Shown here in pieces: positions 11,321 through 20,689 of a DNA stretch of 63,063 bases. Both the position numbers and the translations under genes were made by a program. Position 1 is the stretch's first letter, and each line of letters opens with the position of its first letter. Origin of the DNA: Deltaproteobacteria bacterium (lineage in GTDB: Bacteria > Desulfobacterota > Syntrophia > Syntrophales > UBA8958); NCBI GenBank assembly GCA_029561465.1, contig JAKQIZ010000022.1:1-63063 (forward strand). Direction: 5' to 3'. The notes below the pieces were generated by a model. The model ran no database searches. It saw nothing but the letters and a program-made list of their open reading frames with translations, and was not told where the DNA came from.

Positions 11321-11668
11321 TCAGTGATCGCAGAGATTCTGACCGCAGAACAATGCTCCCTGCAGATAGTCGCTGACGATCTTTTCCGGGGTTTCGGAGG
11401 GGGCGCCGACCACGACGCCGATCCCCCGCTGATTGAAAAGATCCTGGGCCCGGGCGCCCATACCGCCGGCGATGATCAGGTCAGCTCCCTTTTCCGCCAG
11501 CCAGCGGGGCAGCAGTCCCGGTTCGTGCGGCGGCGCCTCATGGGTTTCCGTTTTCAGGATCTTTCGTTCGTCCTTGTCCACGTCGACGATGACAAAGGCG
11601 CCGCAGTGGCCGAAATGGGGGCACAGATAACCGTCCACCGTCGGGACGGCGATTCTCATCAATTGCAT
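11321..11668 (-). CDS. NifB/NifX-family (dinitrogenase FeMo-cofactor-binding fold) protein
   Basis: MRIAVPTVDGYLCPHFGHCGAFVIVDVD...ADLIIAGGMGARAQDLFNQRGIGVV is the typical NifX/NifB C-terminal fold. Confidence 0.75.
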   Translation of the reverse strand: MQLMRIAVPTVDGYLCPHFGHCGAFVIVDVDKDERKILKTETHEAPPHEPGLLPRWLAEKGADLIIAGGMGARAQDLFNQRGIGVVVGAPSETPEKIVSDYLQGALFCGQNLCDH

Positions 11669-11698
11669 CTTTCTTCACCTCATTGATATTTGTTTAGT

Positions 11699-11871
11699 GA
11701 CCTTTGAAAAATGGCTTCGCCGCGGCTCAGAAATCTTTTTCGCTTCTGAATGGTTAACGTATAAATATTCTTCATTACAAGGCGTTAAGTTCAATCACGC
11801 CATGGCGAAAAACATTTGATTCGTCGCGTGCGAACCATTTTTCCACGGTTATGCAAAGCTCTCGTTTAAAA
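11699..11871 (+). repeat. MITE-like palindromic repeat (family C), copy 2
   Basis: Direct-orientation copy of 8714..8876. It lies between the Mrp gene and the NifX-like gene, 30 nt upstream of the latter's start. Confidence 0.85.
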
Positions 11872-11939
11872 TACGTTATCCAAGCATAGCTTCCGTTGGA
11901 GAAAATACCGCTTGCCATCCCAGCCGATACTCTCATCTC

Positions 11940-12824
11940 CTACCGGTCGTCGAGGGCCAGGAGGATCTTGATGACCCCATCGCGAAATGCCTGGGCCGCT
12001 GCGGTTTGATTGCAGTGGTAGATGAACGGCCGGCCGCTGTCCGAGGCCTCGACAACGGCCGGTTCCAGGGGTATGCGCCCCAGAAAGGGAACCTTCAGTT
12101 TGTTGGCCATGGCCTCGCCGCCGCCGGTCTTGAACAGCTCGATCAGCTTCCCGCAGTGGGGGCAGTTGAGGCCGCTCATGTTTTCCACAACGCCGAGAAC
12201 GGGTACCTTTACCTGACGGCAGAAACTGATGGACTTCCGGACATCGGCCAGGGACATCTCCTGAGGGGTCGTTACGATTACGGCTCCGTCGCTCTCCGGA
12301 AGCATCTGGGCCACGGACAGAGGTTCATCGCCTGTTCCCGGCGGGAAATCGATGATCAGATAATCCAACTCCCCCCATTGGATATCCGCGAGGAACTGCC
12401 GGATCACGCCCATCTTCAATGGTCCCCTCCAGATGACCGCCGCGTCCTGGTCAGGCAGGAGTAGGCCCAGGGAAACCACCTTTATCCCATAGACGTAATC
12501 CAGGGGAAAGGCGTTTTTGCCGTCGGTGCGCAGGGTCTGATTGCCGAGCCGGAGGAGTGTCGGGATGCTCGGACCGTGAAAGTCCACATCCAGCAGGCCC
12601 ACCTTTTTCCCCTCCATTCCCAGACCAACGGCGATATTGACAGCGATGGTGCTTTTACCCACTCCTCCCTTTCCGGAAAGAACCAGGATCTTGTGATTGA
12701 TTTGCGCCATCCGCTCCTTTAGTTGCTCTTCTTCCTGCCGGCGTTTTTCCATCCGGTCGTGATTTTCCTGCTGTTGTTTCTGCCCTTTCCCGTACAGGGG
12801 AAGGGCGTCTTCTGAATTGCTCAT
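11940..12824 (-). CDS. Mrp/NBP35 (ApbC) family Fe-S cluster carrier ATPase
   Basis: Deviant Walker A VLSGKGGVGKSTIAVNIA, DVDFHGPSIP, and CPHCG (the CxxC of Mrp). Confidence 0.85.
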   Translation of the reverse strand: MSNSEDALPLYGKGQKQQQENHDRMEKRRQEEEQLKERMAQINHKILVLSGKGGVGKSTIAVNIAVGLGMEGKKVGLLDVDFHGPSIPTLLRLGNQTLRTDGKNAFPLDYVYGIKVVSLGLLLPDQDAAVIWRGPLKMGVIRQFLADIQWGELDYLIIDFPPGTGDEPLSVAQMLPESDGAVIVTTPQEMSLADVRKSISFCRQVKVPVLGVVENMSGLNCPHCGKLIELFKTGGGEAMANKLKVPFLGRIPLEPAVVEASDSGRPFIYHCNQTAAAQAFRDGVIKILLALDDR

Positions 12825-12870
12825 CTAATTCGTCAGCCTCCTGAATCGGTTATCTTAAAAATCATGAATG

Positions 12871-13746
12871 TTATCCATTTTCTCTGAATTGTTCGACGTT
12901 TTTCCACAGGGCCTCGATATCCGCGGCCGCCGGACTGGTGGGATAATCCATTACGGTGCGCCCCTGAAGCTGGGCCTGGACCGTTGTCAGATCGAAACGG
13001 ATTCGGCCGGCGGCGTGCATGTCCAGGTCGCGGCCGGCCGCCTCCATCCGGGCCGTCATCTCCGGATTCAGATCCCATTTGTTGATGCAGAGCCCGGCGG
13101 GTATCTTAAACAGGGCGAGTAGTTCCGCCAGACGCCGGAGGTCATGTTCACCCGCCAGTGTAGGTTCCGTGACGATGAGGACGAAACCCGTCCCGGCCAG
13201 CGAGGCGATTACGGGACAACCGATTCCCGGCGGTCCATCGGTGAGGATAAACTCGGCCTGGTTCGCCGCGGCGATTTTACGTCCTTCATCGCGGATCAGG
13301 CTGACCAGCTTTCCAGAATTTCCCTGGGCGGGGTCCAGACGGGCATGCACCATGGGGCCGTAGGCGGTATCCGATACATACCATTCCCCGGTGCGGGCCT
13401 CTGCAAATGCGATGGCCTCCACGGGACAGATCCGATAACACATGCCGCAGCCTTCGCAAAAAATCGGGGAGATTTCCGGCGGCTCGCCCGGGGCAATGGC
13501 GTCGAATCGGCAGGCGCCGACGCAGAGGCCGCAATGGATGCAGTCCGCCGCGATTACCTTCGCCTTTTTCGATCCGTAAAAGGCCGTGCTCCTCCTGATC
13601 CGGGGCTGGAGAAGGAGGTGGAGATCCGGGGCGTCCACGTCGGCATCGACGAGGACGGTATTCTTTCCCAGGGCGGCCAGGGCGCCGGTAACGGTGGTCT
13701 TTCCGGAGCCTCCCTTGCCGCTGAGAATGGTTATTTCCTTGGTCAT
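12871..13746 (-). CDS. MinD/ParA-superfamily P-loop ATPase with an inserted 2x[4Fe-4S] ferredoxin domain
   Basis: ILSGKGGSGKTT, then CIHCGLCVGACRF and CEGCGMCYRICPV. Start re-called to ATG 13746 (MTKEITIL). Confidence 0.8.
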   Translation of the reverse strand: MTKEITILSGKGGSGKTTVTGALAALGKNTVLVDADVDAPDLHLLLQPRIRRSTAFYGSKKAKVIAADCIHCGLCVGACRFDAIAPGEPPEISPIFCEGCGMCYRICPVEAIAFAEARTGEWYVSDTAYGPMVHARLDPAQGNSGKLVSLIRDEGRKIAAANQAEFILTDGPPGIGCPVIASLAGTGFVLIVTEPTLAGEHDLRRLAELLALFKIPAGLCINKWDLNPEMTARMEAAGRDLDMHAAGRIRFDLTTVQAQLQGRTVMDYPTSPAAADIEALWKNVEQFRENG

Positions 13747-13772
13747 GGAGGTGTCCCTGTTCAGTCTCGTCC

Positions 13773-14633
13773 CTACCGGTCCGGCCGGGAGGGAAGCAAT
13801 GTCAATGTCTGCTGCCAAAGATTGGCAAATAGTTCTCTGTATGCCGGCAGTGACTCGGTAATCAGGGCGCCGCGGGAATAACACTCCGCGATCCGCCGAT
13901 CGTGGGGGATCTCGGCCAGGATGGGGAGGCCTTCCCGGTCACAGAATCGATACAGCTCGTCATTGCCGATGTCGCAGCGATTGACGACGACCCCGCTGGG
14001 GATGGCCAGGGTCTTCAGCGTCGCCGCCATCAGCGTCAGGTCGTAAAAACCGAAAGGCGTCGGTTCGGAAACAAGCACCACCAGATCCATATCCCGCACC
14101 GCTTCGATGACGGGGCATGAGGTTCCCGGTGGACAATCTATTAGGGTGACGGCCGCCTTCGGAGCCTTTTCCTTGACCTGGCGAATGAGGGGCGGGGCCA
14201 GTACCTCGCCTACATTGAGACGTCCCTGTACGAAACCGATCCCCCCGGCGGCGCCTCCTTCTATGACCCCGATGGCCCGGTCGGATTCCGTGATGATCCG
14301 TTCGGGACAGAACTGCGCGCAGACGCCGCAGCCATGGCACAGCTCCGGAAAGACGATCACAGTGTTCTTGAAAACCGTGATGGCGTTGTATTCGCAGAAC
14401 TCGGCGCAGACGCCGCATCCGGTGCAATGTTCTTCCGCAACATCAGGTCTTCTCACGGTCGCCGGAACGCTCCAGGCGATCCGTGGCAGGAGGAAGAGAT
14501 GGGCGTTTGGTTCTTCAACATCGCAGTCGAGAAGTTGGACGTCCGCGCCGGTCTGCTGGAGGATATTCGCGATATTGACGGCTACGGTCGTCTTGCCCGT
14601 GCCGCCCTTGCCGCTGGCAAATGCTATTTTCAT
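13773..14633 (-). CDS. MinD/ParA-superfamily P-loop ATPase with an inserted 2x[4Fe-4S] ferredoxin domain (paralogue)
   Basis: MKIAFASGKGGTGKTTVAVNIA, CTGCGVCAEFCEY, CHGCGVCAQFCPE. Confidence 0.8.
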   Translation of the reverse strand: MKIAFASGKGGTGKTTVAVNIANILQQTGADVQLLDCDVEEPNAHLFLLPRIAWSVPATVRRPDVAEEHCTGCGVCAEFCEYNAITVFKNTVIVFPELCHGCGVCAQFCPERIITESDRAIGVIEGGAAGGIGFVQGRLNVGEVLAPPLIRQVKEKAPKAAVTLIDCPPGTSCPVIEAVRDMDLVVLVSEPTPFGFYDLTLMAATLKTLAIPSGVVVNRCDIGNDELYRFCDREGLPILAEIPHDRRIAECYSRGALITESLPAYRELFANLWQQTLTLLPSRPDR

Positions 14634-14652
14634 GATCTGGCCGGAGAATTGT

Positions 14653-15024
14653 CTATATGCTGTGCCCTTCCGTGGTCGCCGCCGTGATTTCCTCCAACTC
14701 GCCCCGCTCCCAGGCCGTTACGGCGTCGGCAACGGTTTGCTGTTTTGAGACATCGGTGCGATACATGCGCACCCCGCCGGAATGCAGCACCCGGAAGGCT
14801 TTGGGGCCCACGTTGCCGCTGAGGAGGACCTCTGCCTGCCGGTCTATAATCGCCGCCGCGGCCTGGATGCCCGCTCCTTGAGCCGATTGGCGGTTCTGAA
14901 GGTTCTCCGCGGCCTCCCACCTCTTCGTCTCCGCATCAACGATGACGAACCAGGCCGCCCGTCCGAAACGAGTGTCCAATGATTCCGTCCAGCCCGGATT
15001 CTGTGCCGTTACCGCTATCTTCAT
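14653..15024 (-). CDS. NifB/NifX-family protein
   Basis: MKIAVTAQNPGWTESLDTRFGRAAWFVIVD...AEVLLSGNVGPKAFRVL. ATG 15024 follows GAAGGAGAGG and overlaps the upstream gene's stop (ATGA). Confidence 0.7.
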   Translation of the reverse strand: MKIAVTAQNPGWTESLDTRFGRAAWFVIVDAETKRWEAAENLQNRQSAQGAGIQAAAAIIDRQAEVLLSGNVGPKAFRVLHSGGVRMYRTDVSKQQTVADAVTAWERGELEEITAATTEGHSI

Positions 15025-15458
15025 GATCTTCCTCTCCTTCGTTGTCCTTTTGTGTTGCCTGCCGCCCTGCGTCGGCCGCCGTCCGTTCCTCGGCCGCATG
15101 GCACCGGGCCGAGACCAACCCATCCCCGGCGGCATCCGGGCAGGTAGAAAGCCGGATCATCGAGGCGGTTGGTGAAAAATCCGGTCTCCACGTCGGTAAG
15201 ATTTCCCTTGAGGAAGGGGATGACGACAATCCCCGCCCCTTCGATGAATTGCCGGGTGGAGGTGGCAATAGCCCCGCAGAGGAGAACGTTCACGCTCAAA
15301 TCTCGCAGCTTCTGCCGCATCTGCATCATGGTCAGACCAGCCGGGATGGCTTCGATGCGCCGCTGCCGGACGTGGCCGGATTCGATGACGACGAAAGAAT
15401 CGGCGGTATCGAAAACCGTGGCGATATGATCCTGTGATGCTGCCAGTGCGATGGCCAT
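15021..15458 (-). CDS. NifB/NifX-family protein with an Arg/Gly-rich tail
   Basis: MAIALAASQDHIATVFDTADSFVVIE...VNVLLCGAIATSTRQFIEGAGIVVIPF. The start is uncertain (15458 or 15515). Confidence 0.55.
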   Translation of the reverse strand: MAIALAASQDHIATVFDTADSFVVIESGHVRQRRIEAIPAGLTMMQMRQKLRDLSVNVLLCGAIATSTRQFIEGAGIVVIPFLKGNLTDVETGFFTNRLDDPAFYLPGCRRGWVGLGPVPCGRGTDGGRRRAAGNTKGQRRRGRS

Positions 15459-15652
15459 GTTTCTGTCCCGTGAAATAACGATCCTTGCTATCCCTGCCGA
15501 GTTAGCTGTTAGCAAGGGGTGTGCCGATGGCGCCGGTGGAGCGAAAAGCCGGTGTCTATGGAGATATGGAAGTGGGCAGTTTCCAACATGCGCTCCTTGT
15601 GATAGTGATTATGCGACTATACGGGTGGTCAATGGTCGCATAGTTGCGCTTG

Positions 15653-16612
15653 TTAATCGGCACTGTCCCCTTTGTTTATGGCATAGAAGTTATGCCCCGA
15701 CGCGGTGAGCCTGACGGCCTTGTTCCGGGCGACCAGTTCCAGGAGCAGCTTGAGGGCTTCCGTTCCGTGGATGGCAAGACCGCGGGCGACATCATCGGCG
15801 GTGCAGGGACGCCGGGAAAGCAACTCCAGGACCTCCGCTTCCCCGACGAGGAATGGCTCCGACCGTTGGGGGTCGTTTTCATTCCTTTCGCTGACGATAT
15901 CCACCGTGCCGGGGAATAAAACCTGCAATTCCCGCAGTTGCCGCCGGGAAAGGGGACGGGCGAATTCCTCGGCGGGGGGGCGGAATGCGGTGTTCAATTG
16001 TACCCGTGCCGGTCGGCTTTTCCTGATCAGGGAGACTATCTTATCCGTTTCGGCGGGGATGTCCGTGATGCCTTTGAGGAGCAGCACCTCCAGCCAGACC
16101 TTGCCCGGAAACCGGCCGATGAAGGCGGCGATTCCGTCAGCCATCGCCGGGAAGGAGATGTCCTTGTGGGGGCGATTTACGCGTTGGAACGTGGTTTCGT
16201 CGCCGGCGTCCAGAGAGGGAATGACGAGGTCGGCCGCCAGAAGGGCATCCTGGACCTCGATCCTTCCCAGCAGGGAACCGTTGGTGAAAACGGCGACGGG
16301 GATCCGGAACCGGGACTTGATCCTGTCTATAAAGTCGCCGACGCGGAGATTCAGCGTCGGTTCCCCTGAACCGGCGAGGCTGATATAAGCGGGCGCCGGC
16401 CCATGCCCCAGTTTTTCCTCGATTTCGGCGCTGATCGCATCGATTTCGACATATTCCTTTCGTTCCACGGTCTTGTTCGTCGTGCGTCCGAGGTGGCAAT
16501 AGATGCAATCGTAGGTGCAGGTCTTGAAGGGGACGAGATCGACACCCAGGGATCTTCCCAGTCGCCGCGATGGCACGGGGCCATATACATGCTTGAAGAT
16601 GGTGGCGGACAT
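15653..16612 (-). CDS. Radical SAM protein (function unknown)
   Basis: VYGPVPSRRLGRSLGVDLVPFKTCTYDCIYCHLG contains the CxxxCxxC cluster motif. SLAGSGEPTL is a GGE-like motif. Start re-called to ATG 16612. Confidence 0.8.
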   Translation of the reverse strand: MSATIFKHVYGPVPSRRLGRSLGVDLVPFKTCTYDCIYCHLGRTTNKTVERKEYVEIDAISAEIEEKLGHGPAPAYISLAGSGEPTLNLRVGDFIDRIKSRFRIPVAVFTNGSLLGRIEVQDALLAADLVIPSLDAGDETTFQRVNRPHKDISFPAMADGIAAFIGRFPGKVWLEVLLLKGITDIPAETDKIVSLIRKSRPARVQLNTAFRPPAEEFARPLSRRQLRELQVLFPGTVDIVSERNENDPQRSEPFLVGEAEVLELLSRRPCTADDVARGLAIHGTEALKLLLELVARNKAVRLTASGHNFYAINKGDSAD

Positions 16613-16617
16613 TGTCC

Positions 16618-16848
16618 CTATTCCCTGATCATCGCCGTCCCGCAGTTCGGGCACTGCTTCTGATAGCAGGGGATGCCCCGTTCATGGGGTTGCCGCTGCC
16701 CGCAATTGGGACAGATGCAAACACCCAACGCTCCACCGGCCTGGGCACCGCCCATGCGTCCCATTCCCGTTCCTTGCCCCCGTCCACCTCTTCCCCGTCC
16801 CGTCCCCGGCCCTTTGCCGGCCGGTCCCGTTCCGTCACCTCTGGGCAT
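16618..16848 (-). CDS. DUF5320 family protein
   Basis: MPRGDGTGPAGKGPGTGRGRGG... followed by CPNCG...CPNCG, the characteristic DUF5320 layout. Confidence 0.7.
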   Translation of the reverse strand: MPRGDGTGPAGKGPGTGRGRGGRGQGTGMGRMGGAQAGGALGVCICPNCGQRQPHERGIPCYQKQCPNCGTAMIRE

Positions 16849-17000
16849 TGTAGTTCCTCCTTGATGCGAATTATTTCACGCAAATTTCAAAACAATATCA
16901 ACCTAATTCATTTACCCGCCGGCAATCAGCGTGGTCTTTCCCTGTGCCGGCGGTGATCGCCATTTTACGATTGATCGCCGGCTGAGACGATCAAGAATAC

Positions 17001-17016
17001 AGCAAAGGTTGTGCCG
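17001..17016 (-). promoter_or_regulatory. Sigma-54 (-24/-12) promoter
   Basis: The minus strand reads CGGCAC-AACCT-TTGCT (GG-N10-GC spacing). It lies about 150 nt upstream of the DUF5320 ATG and directly downstream of a sigma-54 activator gene. Confidence 0.6.
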
Positions 17017-17274
17017 CAAAGAAATTAAACGAAATAAGTTTGTGAATACAAAAGGATGAGTGCGTAATGGAAAGCGTGCAGAAATATATTGATTGCAGAA
17101 TCGCTTCGGTTGTCAACTGATGAATTGCAAAGCTGATTCCATCCTATTACGGGGGCACACATCCCGGCTCATAACCGCGGCCGCCGTAATGCTGGCGCCA
17201 CGGAAAGCGCCGGCGGACGGAAAGGAGCGGCGCCATGAAAAAACTCGGAATGATAGATTATCGACCCGCCCCCG

Positions 17275-18615
17275 TCAGGATCTTCCCGGTCGGGGCTCCT
17301 TGATCCCCAGGGCCTTGATCCGGCGGAAAAGGGTGCTTTTGTGAATGCCCAGCTCCCGGGCCGTCTGGGCCCGATTACCGTTGTTTCTCTTTAGGGCGTT
17401 GATGAGAAAGGCCGCTTCCACCTCCCGGAAGGTCGTATGATCCGGAGGCTCAACCTCATCTTCCCTGCCGGCCCGGAGAAATTCCGGCAGATCCCGGCGC
17501 TGAATAATCCCCGACTTGCAGAGAATGAAGGCCCGTTCGATGATATTTTCCAACTCCCGGACGTTGCCGGGATAATGGTATGCCATGAGGCAGGCCAGGG
17601 CCTGGTCGTCGACGCCTTGTAGGGATTTGTCCTGAAGCGCATTGAAGATCCGGATAAAGTGATCGATAAGAAGGGGGACGTCTTCCATTCGTTCCCGGAG
17701 GGGCGGCAGTACCAGTTTGAGGACATTGATGCGGTAGTAGAGGTCCTCACGGAACCTGCCCTCTTTAACCAGTTCCTGGAGGTCCCGGTTGGAAGCGGCG
17801 ATGACCCGGGCGTCATGACGGATGCTCTCCACGCCCCCCAGGGGTTCGTAGATCTTTTCCTGAAGGACCCGTAGGAGGCGAACCTGCAGGGCCGGGGAGA
17901 TATCGCCGATTTCGTCAAGGAAGAGGGTTCCCCGGTCGGCTAACTTGAAACGGCCGGGTTTGTCTTTTTTGGCATCCGTGAAGGCTCCGGCCTTGTAGCC
18001 GAAGAGTTCCGCCTCCAGGAGGGTGTCGGGCAGGGCCGCGCAGTTGACGGCGACGAAAGGCCGCCGGCTGCGGGGGCTGAGGTTGTGGATCGCCTGGGCG
18101 AAGAGTTCCTTGCCGGTGCCGCTTTCTCCCTGGAGCAGCACGGTGCTGGTGCTGGCGGCGACGTCGGGAAGGAGATCGAAAATCTCCCGCATCTTGTGAC
18201 TCTTGGAGACGATGTCCTGAAAGGTGTATTTTTCTTCCAATTTCTTCCGGAGATCCTCCTCCCGGCTGATATCCCGGAAGGTTTCCACCGCCCCGATCGC
18301 CTGCCCCGTTTCGTCTTTTAGAATGGCCGTGGAAATGCTTACAGGCAGGCGCTGACCCCGGGCGTTGATGATGTGGACCGTCCGGTTTACTACTTCCCGT
18401 CCGGTTTCTTTGGTGTAGCGGAGGACGCACTGCCGGTCGCAGACGTCGGCTTTAAGGACCTCCCGGCAGAACTGGCCGACGGCGTCCTTTCTGGGCACGC
18501 CGGTAATCTCCTCGGCGGCGCGGTTGAAGGAGGTGATCCGCCAGTCATGATCTACGGTAAAGACACCGTCGGCGATGGAATCAAGAATCGTGTCGATGCG
18601 TATGGGCATTTTCAT
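17275..18615 (-). CDS. Sigma-54-dependent transcriptional activator (PAS + AAA+ + Fis-type HTH)
   Basis: N-terminal PAS domain (ILDSIADGVFTVDHDWRITSFNRAAEEITG), Walker A GESGTGKE, GAFTDA (GAFTGA loop), and C-terminal TARELGIHKSTLFRRIK. Confidence 0.9.
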   Translation of the reverse strand: MKMPIRIDTILDSIADGVFTVDHDWRITSFNRAAEEITGVPRKDAVGQFCREVLKADVCDRQCVLRYTKETGREVVNRTVHIINARGQRLPVSISTAILKDETGQAIGAVETFRDISREEDLRKKLEEKYTFQDIVSKSHKMREIFDLLPDVAASTSTVLLQGESGTGKELFAQAIHNLSPRSRRPFVAVNCAALPDTLLEAELFGYKAGAFTDAKKDKPGRFKLADRGTLFLDEIGDISPALQVRLLRVLQEKIYEPLGGVESIRHDARVIAASNRDLQELVKEGRFREDLYYRINVLKLVLPPLRERMEDVPLLIDHFIRIFNALQDKSLQGVDDQALACLMAYHYPGNVRELENIIERAFILCKSGIIQRRDLPEFLRAGREDEVEPPDHTTFREVEAAFLINALKRNNGNRAQTARELGIHKSTLFRRIKALGIKEPRPGRS

Positions 18616-18758
18616 GGGTCATGAGCGTATGGACGACCACCATCCGGACGGTGGAAAAAGGAGCCACCGTCCCGCGGGTATCGTCCGCCTTCTCCCGTTC
18701 AATATTGCTTACATCTTTATAATGATGATTCTTTGGAAAGCAACTCATATTTGATGAC

Positions 18759-19024
18759 CTCGTAAAAAGTCACAAATTAGACGCTTCCTGGCGGTCCCGA
18801 CCCAGCGGGAGTCAGGTATTTCATGAACGGTAATCGGCTGTTGCCCGCGGACGCAACGGGCAGCTTGAAATAATAATGACGACATCGTAAAAAGTCCATA
18901 TGCGGCGTTGCGCTTCATCCTTCGTCACTGCGACGTACGCCCGAGTACGTCTCAATCCTCAGGATTCGCGCGCCTTGCCTCTGGAGCTTTTTACATCGTC
19001 GTCTCAATGATGACTTTTTACGAG
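18759..19024. repeat. Nested hairpin repeat (family A, CGTAAAAAG...CTTTTTACG), composite copy 1
   Basis: The outer perfect 14-nt inverted repeat is CTCGTAAAAAGTCA (18759..18772) / TGACTTTTTACGAG (19011..19024). The inner unit 18878..19003 is homologous to 28952..29071, and in inverted orientation to 60521..60688. Confidence 0.8.
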
Positions 19025-19136
19025 TTCATCAATAATAACTGAAATAAAAATAACTTGACAAAGCGGGAAATCGGGATAATGAAAGCGCTATTCGATGAAG
19101 AAGAAACTGATAATTGAAAAAGGAGGAAACAAAGTT

Positions 19137-19736
19137 ATGAAGTGTTTCAAGCATTCGGTATCATTGTTGATGTTCCTGGCGCTGGTTTTGGTTTTCGTCG
19201 GCTGCGCGAAACCGCCGGAGGCGGAGAAAGCGGCGGCCAAGGCCGCGATGGATGCCGCTATGGCGGCCGGCGCAGACAAGTATGCCGCCACTGATTTCGC
19301 GGCGGGCAAGACGGCCTGGGACGGCGCGGAGGCGCAGATGAAGGATAAGAAGTACGAAGAGGCCAAGCAGGGCTATCTGAATGCCAAGCCAGCCTTCGAA
19401 AAGGCCGCCGCGGCCGCCGCGGCAGGCAAGAAGGCCGTTACGGACGAGGTGACGGCTGCCATTGCCGCACTGGAAGAAGGATGGAATAAACTGACCGCCG
19501 CGGCGCCGAAACTTCAGAAGAAGATGAAAGAAAAGGAAGAGGCATGGATGGCGGATGCCAAGGCCATCGAAGATGGTTTGAAGGCAACGAAGGATATGCT
19601 TGCCGCCGATCCGCTGGGCGCAAAGAAGAAGGCCGGGGAGCTGAAAGCCCTGATCGACAAATGGGACGCCGCTTTCCAGGAATTGGCCGCCATTCCCGAT
19701 CCGCCGGTTAAGAAGGCCAAGAAGGGCAAGAAGTAA
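19137..19736 (+). CDS. Ala/Lys-rich helical lipoprotein
   Basis: ATG 19137 follows AGGAGG. Signal peptide plus lipobox MKCFKHSVSLLMFLALVLVFVGC. The mature part is low-complexity A/K/E helical sequence. Confidence 0.7.
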   Translation: MKCFKHSVSLLMFLALVLVFVGCAKPPEAEKAAAKAAMDAAMAAGADKYAATDFAAGKTAWDGAEAQMKDKKYEEAKQGYLNAKPAFEKAAAAAAAGKKAVTDEVTAAIAALEEGWNKLTAAAPKLQKKMKEKEEAWMADAKAIEDGLKATKDMLAADPLGAKKKAGELKALIDKWDAAFQELAAIPDPPVKKAKKGKK

Positions 19737-19814
19737 CCATTAACCCGCCCCCATATCCGGATTTATACCGGGTGATGTTTTGAATATTTTCGGGCGGATC
19801 TTGTGAATGCCAAG

Positions 19815-19860
19815 AAAAGCGCTCCACCTCTGAAGGTGGGGCGCTTTTATGCTTTTTTCT
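19815..19860 (+). terminator. Rho-independent terminator
   Basis: AAAAGCGCTCCACC-TCTGAA-GGTGGGGCGCTTTT followed by TTTTATGCTTTTTTCT. Confidence 0.75.
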
Positions 19861-20056
19861 CGGTAAGGAAGGTCAAGAACAAACGGGAAAAAATGATGAC
19901 ATCCTTTTGAGTGAGGCAAGTCTCCCGGGCATGATCGTTGGACGAGAAATAAAATCTTGTCAAGAGAAGCCATTCAGCGGTAAATTGTGGTGAGGGAGAA
20001 TTAACTGGCGGATGGGAAAAGAGAAGCGGGCTGAAATCCCCGCCCAGGAGGAAATA

Positions 20057-20689
20057 ATGATGGTAACTGTGGATGCCCGGGGGCTGGCCTGCCCGCTGCC
20101 GGTGATTATGGCCAAGAAGGCCATTGAAACTCAAGACCGGATCACAATCCTGGTGGACAACGCCATGGCGGTGGAAAATATCCGCCGCCTGGCCGTAAAA
20201 ACGGCCTGTGGCTTTGCGGCGACGGAAAGAGTAGACGGTTTTTGGGAGATCGCCCTGACGAGAACGGGTCCCCCGGAAGATACACCGGCAGGCGGTCCCG
20301 CCGCCGCCGGCGCGGATTTTCCCGTCTGCGATGTGGAAGGGAAGAAGAACGCGGAGCACCTGGTAGTCGTCCTGTCCGACAATCGTATGGGCCGGGGCGA
20401 CGATATCCTGGGGGATCTCCTGATCCGGGGCTTCATCCACACCCTGCTGCAACTCCAGCCCCCACCGGCCCGGATTGTCTGCTACAATGCCGGCGTAAAA
20501 CTGGCCCTGGCGGATTCCTCTGTTCTGGATGACCTGCGGGATCTGGAAAAGTCCGGTACGGAGATCCTGATCTGCGGGACCTGTGCCGACTTCTTCGGCG
20601 TCACGGATCGGGTGTCGGTGGGTCACATCTCCAATATGTACGACATCGTCGAGATCCTGGCGGGCGCCGGGCGGGTGGTGCGTCCCTGA
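20057..20689 (+). CDS. yedF: Sulfurtransferase-like selenium metabolism protein YedF (TusA/SirA-like N-terminal domain + DsrE-like C-terminal domain)
   Basis: VDARGLACPLPVIMAKKAIE (TusA CPxP motif), then VVVLSDNRMGRGDDILGDLLIRGF...ILICGTCADFFG. ATG 20057 follows AGGAGG. Confidence 0.75.
   Translation: MMVTVDARGLACPLPVIMAKKAIETQDRITILVDNAMAVENIRRLAVKTACGFAATERVDGFWEIALTRTGPPEDTPAGGPAAAGADFPVCDVEGKKNAEHLVVVLSDNRMGRGDDILGDLLIRGFIHTLLQLQPPPARIVCYNAGVKLALADSSVLDDLRDLEKSGTEILICGTCADFFGVTDRVSVGHISNMYDIVEILAGAGRVVRP

Noticed and set aside
18620-19136. Possible sigma-54 promoter or small RNA upstream of the lipoprotein gene
   Set aside because: No GG-N10-GC element with acceptable flanks was found on the plus strand (TGGAAAGCAACTCA fails at -12). 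The region is explained by repeat family A.
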